The notes beneath the pieces are model-generated. The model was not told the DNA's origin and did not search any database. It worked only from the letters and a program-made list of their open reading frames with translations. DNA of 64,000 nucleotides from NCBI GenBank assembly GCA_965223545.1, contig OZ245006.1:256001-320000 (forward strand). The letters run 5' to 3'. The translations under genes were made by a program, and so were the position numbers. This document shows, piece after piece, positions 62,498 through 64,000 of this stretch. Source of the stretch: Planctomycetota bacterium. Its GTDB lineage: Bacteria > Planctomycetota > UBA1135 > UBA2386. Positions within the stretch are counted from its first letter, which is position 1. Each line of letters opens with the position of its first letter.

Positions 62498-64000
62498 GTG
62501 TCGACGACCGCAAGCTCCCGTCCCCGCCGCTCGCGGTTTGCCCTGCTGCTGTTCGGTGTGGCCGCCGGCCTGGTGGCGTTCGAGCTCGCAGCGCAGACCG
62601 TGGCCTACGTGATCTGGCACACCGAGCGCCAATCGCCAAGCACCGCGACCGGCACGTCCGCGGTTCTCTGCGTCGGCGACTCCAACACGTTCGGTATGGG
62701 GGCTTCGTCGGCGGAGTATTCGTACCCGGCGCGGTTGCAGCGCCGGCTGGACCGGGCGCAGCCCGGCCGTTGGCGCGTCGTCAACGGCGGCCGCCCCGGC
62801 CGCAACTCGGAGGAGCTGGTCCGCGCCCTGCCACTGCAGCTGCAGCGCTACCGCCCGCGTCTGGTGTACGTGCTGGTGGGCTTCAACGACGGCTGGTCGA
62901 ACGCCGCGGCCGTCACCGATGCGCTGACCGTGGATGCGGACGCCTTCCCACTGCGCTGGCGGACCGGCCGCCTGCTGGCGTTGGCCGCACGGTGGTGGTC
63001 GGCCGTCTCCGACGACGGCCCGGCGCGCGAGCCGCTGACCGCGGGCGACTGGCACGACAGGGAGCGAAGGCTCGCGCTATCGCTGGCGGCGGACGGGTGC
63101 TGCACCATCAACGGTACGGACGCCTTCTGGGAGCAGCGTGGCGAGCAGCTGGTGTTCACCATGGAGAACGGCGCGCGATGGCCGGTGACCTGGCGCCGAA
63201 AGGCCGAGCGACTGATCCTCGCCCGCGCCGGCCAGCCCATCTTCGACGGTGCTCCGGGGCGCGCACCGGCGGGAGACGGCGCACCGCGCCAGGCGATCTT
63301 CTTCGCCGCGCCGCCGCCGATGCCGTCCTCCGATCCTCGCTTCGAAGCAGAGTTTGCCAAGGCGTGCGCGCAGCTGCGGACCGACCCGACCGACGCGGCG
63401 CTCTGGAAGCGACTGGCTGCGTTCGAGCTGGACGCCCACCACCTACAACAGCTGGAGCACGTCCTGCGCGATGCGATTTCCACGACGACCGACGCCCCAC
63501 CGCGGGCCCGCTTGCTGCGCGGCCTGTGCTCGGTGCCAGGCAAACCGCTCGACGACCGATTGCGCTGGGCGCTGGAGGCGGCGACGCTCGACGGCGACGG
63601 CACCGCGGTCGTGCGCCTTTTGGCGCTGGCGTCGCCGCCAGTGGACCGCGCGCGCTTCGATGCTTTGGTGACGGAGGTCGCCGATGCCTCCGGCCGCGCA
63701 GCCCTGGCCCAGCTGTTCGACCGGCGCCCCCCTCCGCATGGACCCGGCGACGTCTCCGTGCTGGCGCACAACCTCCGCCGCGCGGTGCAGCTGTGCCGTG
63801 ACGGTGGCGCGGAGTGCGTGTTGCTCGACTACCCACAGGTGGTGCCCGCCGTGCGCGCCACGGCCGACGGGCTGGCCGAGGAGCTCGGCCTCGGCCGCGT
63901 CGCCGTGCGCGCAGCGTTCGAGCAAGCGCTGGCTACGGCGAAGCCAACCGACCTGTTCGTCGCCGATGGGCACTGCAGCGACGCGGGCTACGCCGTGCTG
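62498..64000 (+). CDS. SGNH/GDSL hydrolase with large insertion (runs off window end)
   Basis: Manual translation: TM anchor, VLCVGDSNTFG, VVNGGRPG, VGFND, ...FVADGHCSDAGY. Confidence 0.8.
   Translation, partial: MSTTASSRPRRSRFALLLFGVAAGLVAFELAAQTVAYVIWHTERQSPSTATGTSAVLCVGDSNTFGMGASSAEYSYPARLQRRLDRAQPGRWRVVNGGRPGRNSEELVRALPLQLQRYRPRLVYVLVGFNDGWSNAAAVTDALTVDADAFPLRWRTGRLLALAARWWSAVSDDGPAREPLTAGDWHDRERRLALSLAADGCCTINGTDAFWEQRGEQLVFTMENGARWPVTWRRKAERLILARAGQPIFDGAPGRAPAGDGAPRQAIFFAAPPPMPSSDPRFEAEFAKACAQLRTDPTDAALWKRLAAFELDAHHLQQLEHVLRDAISTTTDAPPRARLLRGLCSVPGKPLDDRLRWALEAATLDGDGTAVVRLLALASPPVDRARFDALVTEVADASGRAALAQLFDRRPPPHGPGDVSVLAHNLRRAVQLCRDGGAECVLLDYPQVVPAVRATADGLAEELGLGRVAVRAAFEQALATAKPTDLFVADGHCSDAGYAVL

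Overview
High-GC bacterial chromosome segment, most likely Planctomycetota. This is inferred from the ECF sigma/Ser-Thr kinase pair, the PQQ-like propeller, FG-GAP proteins and the Lys-rich histone-like protein. The left end has housekeeping genes (purC-purE-mtnA, uppP, ald) and tRNA-Val(GAC). An accessory region follows (~8.8-24 kb): a decayed excisionase/phage-like remnant, ECF sigma plus WD40 kinase, an MddA-like methyltransferase, FG-GAP, Trypco2-like and TPR proteins, and a disrupted DUF2383 gene. The centre has secreted-protein genes, DUF72, a sulfatase-like gene and a divergent biosynthetic cluster (PKS-PKS-sulfotransferase opposite hydrolase-NRPS). The right end has an inserted AAA-ATPase cassette, prenyl genes, SGNH proteins and transporters. 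Three observations stand out. (1) A secreted CxxC protein has two tandem in-frame UGA codons and a hairpin directly after its signal peptide (candidate Sec-Sec selenoprotein, 27525-28463). (2) A family of structured repeats begins at TGAG, with the TGA as an in-frame stop in all four copies; two copies sit inside genes. (3) An ATPase cassette is flanked by a 31-bp duplication of a host gene's 3' end. Family names come from motif recognition by eye; no database searches were run.
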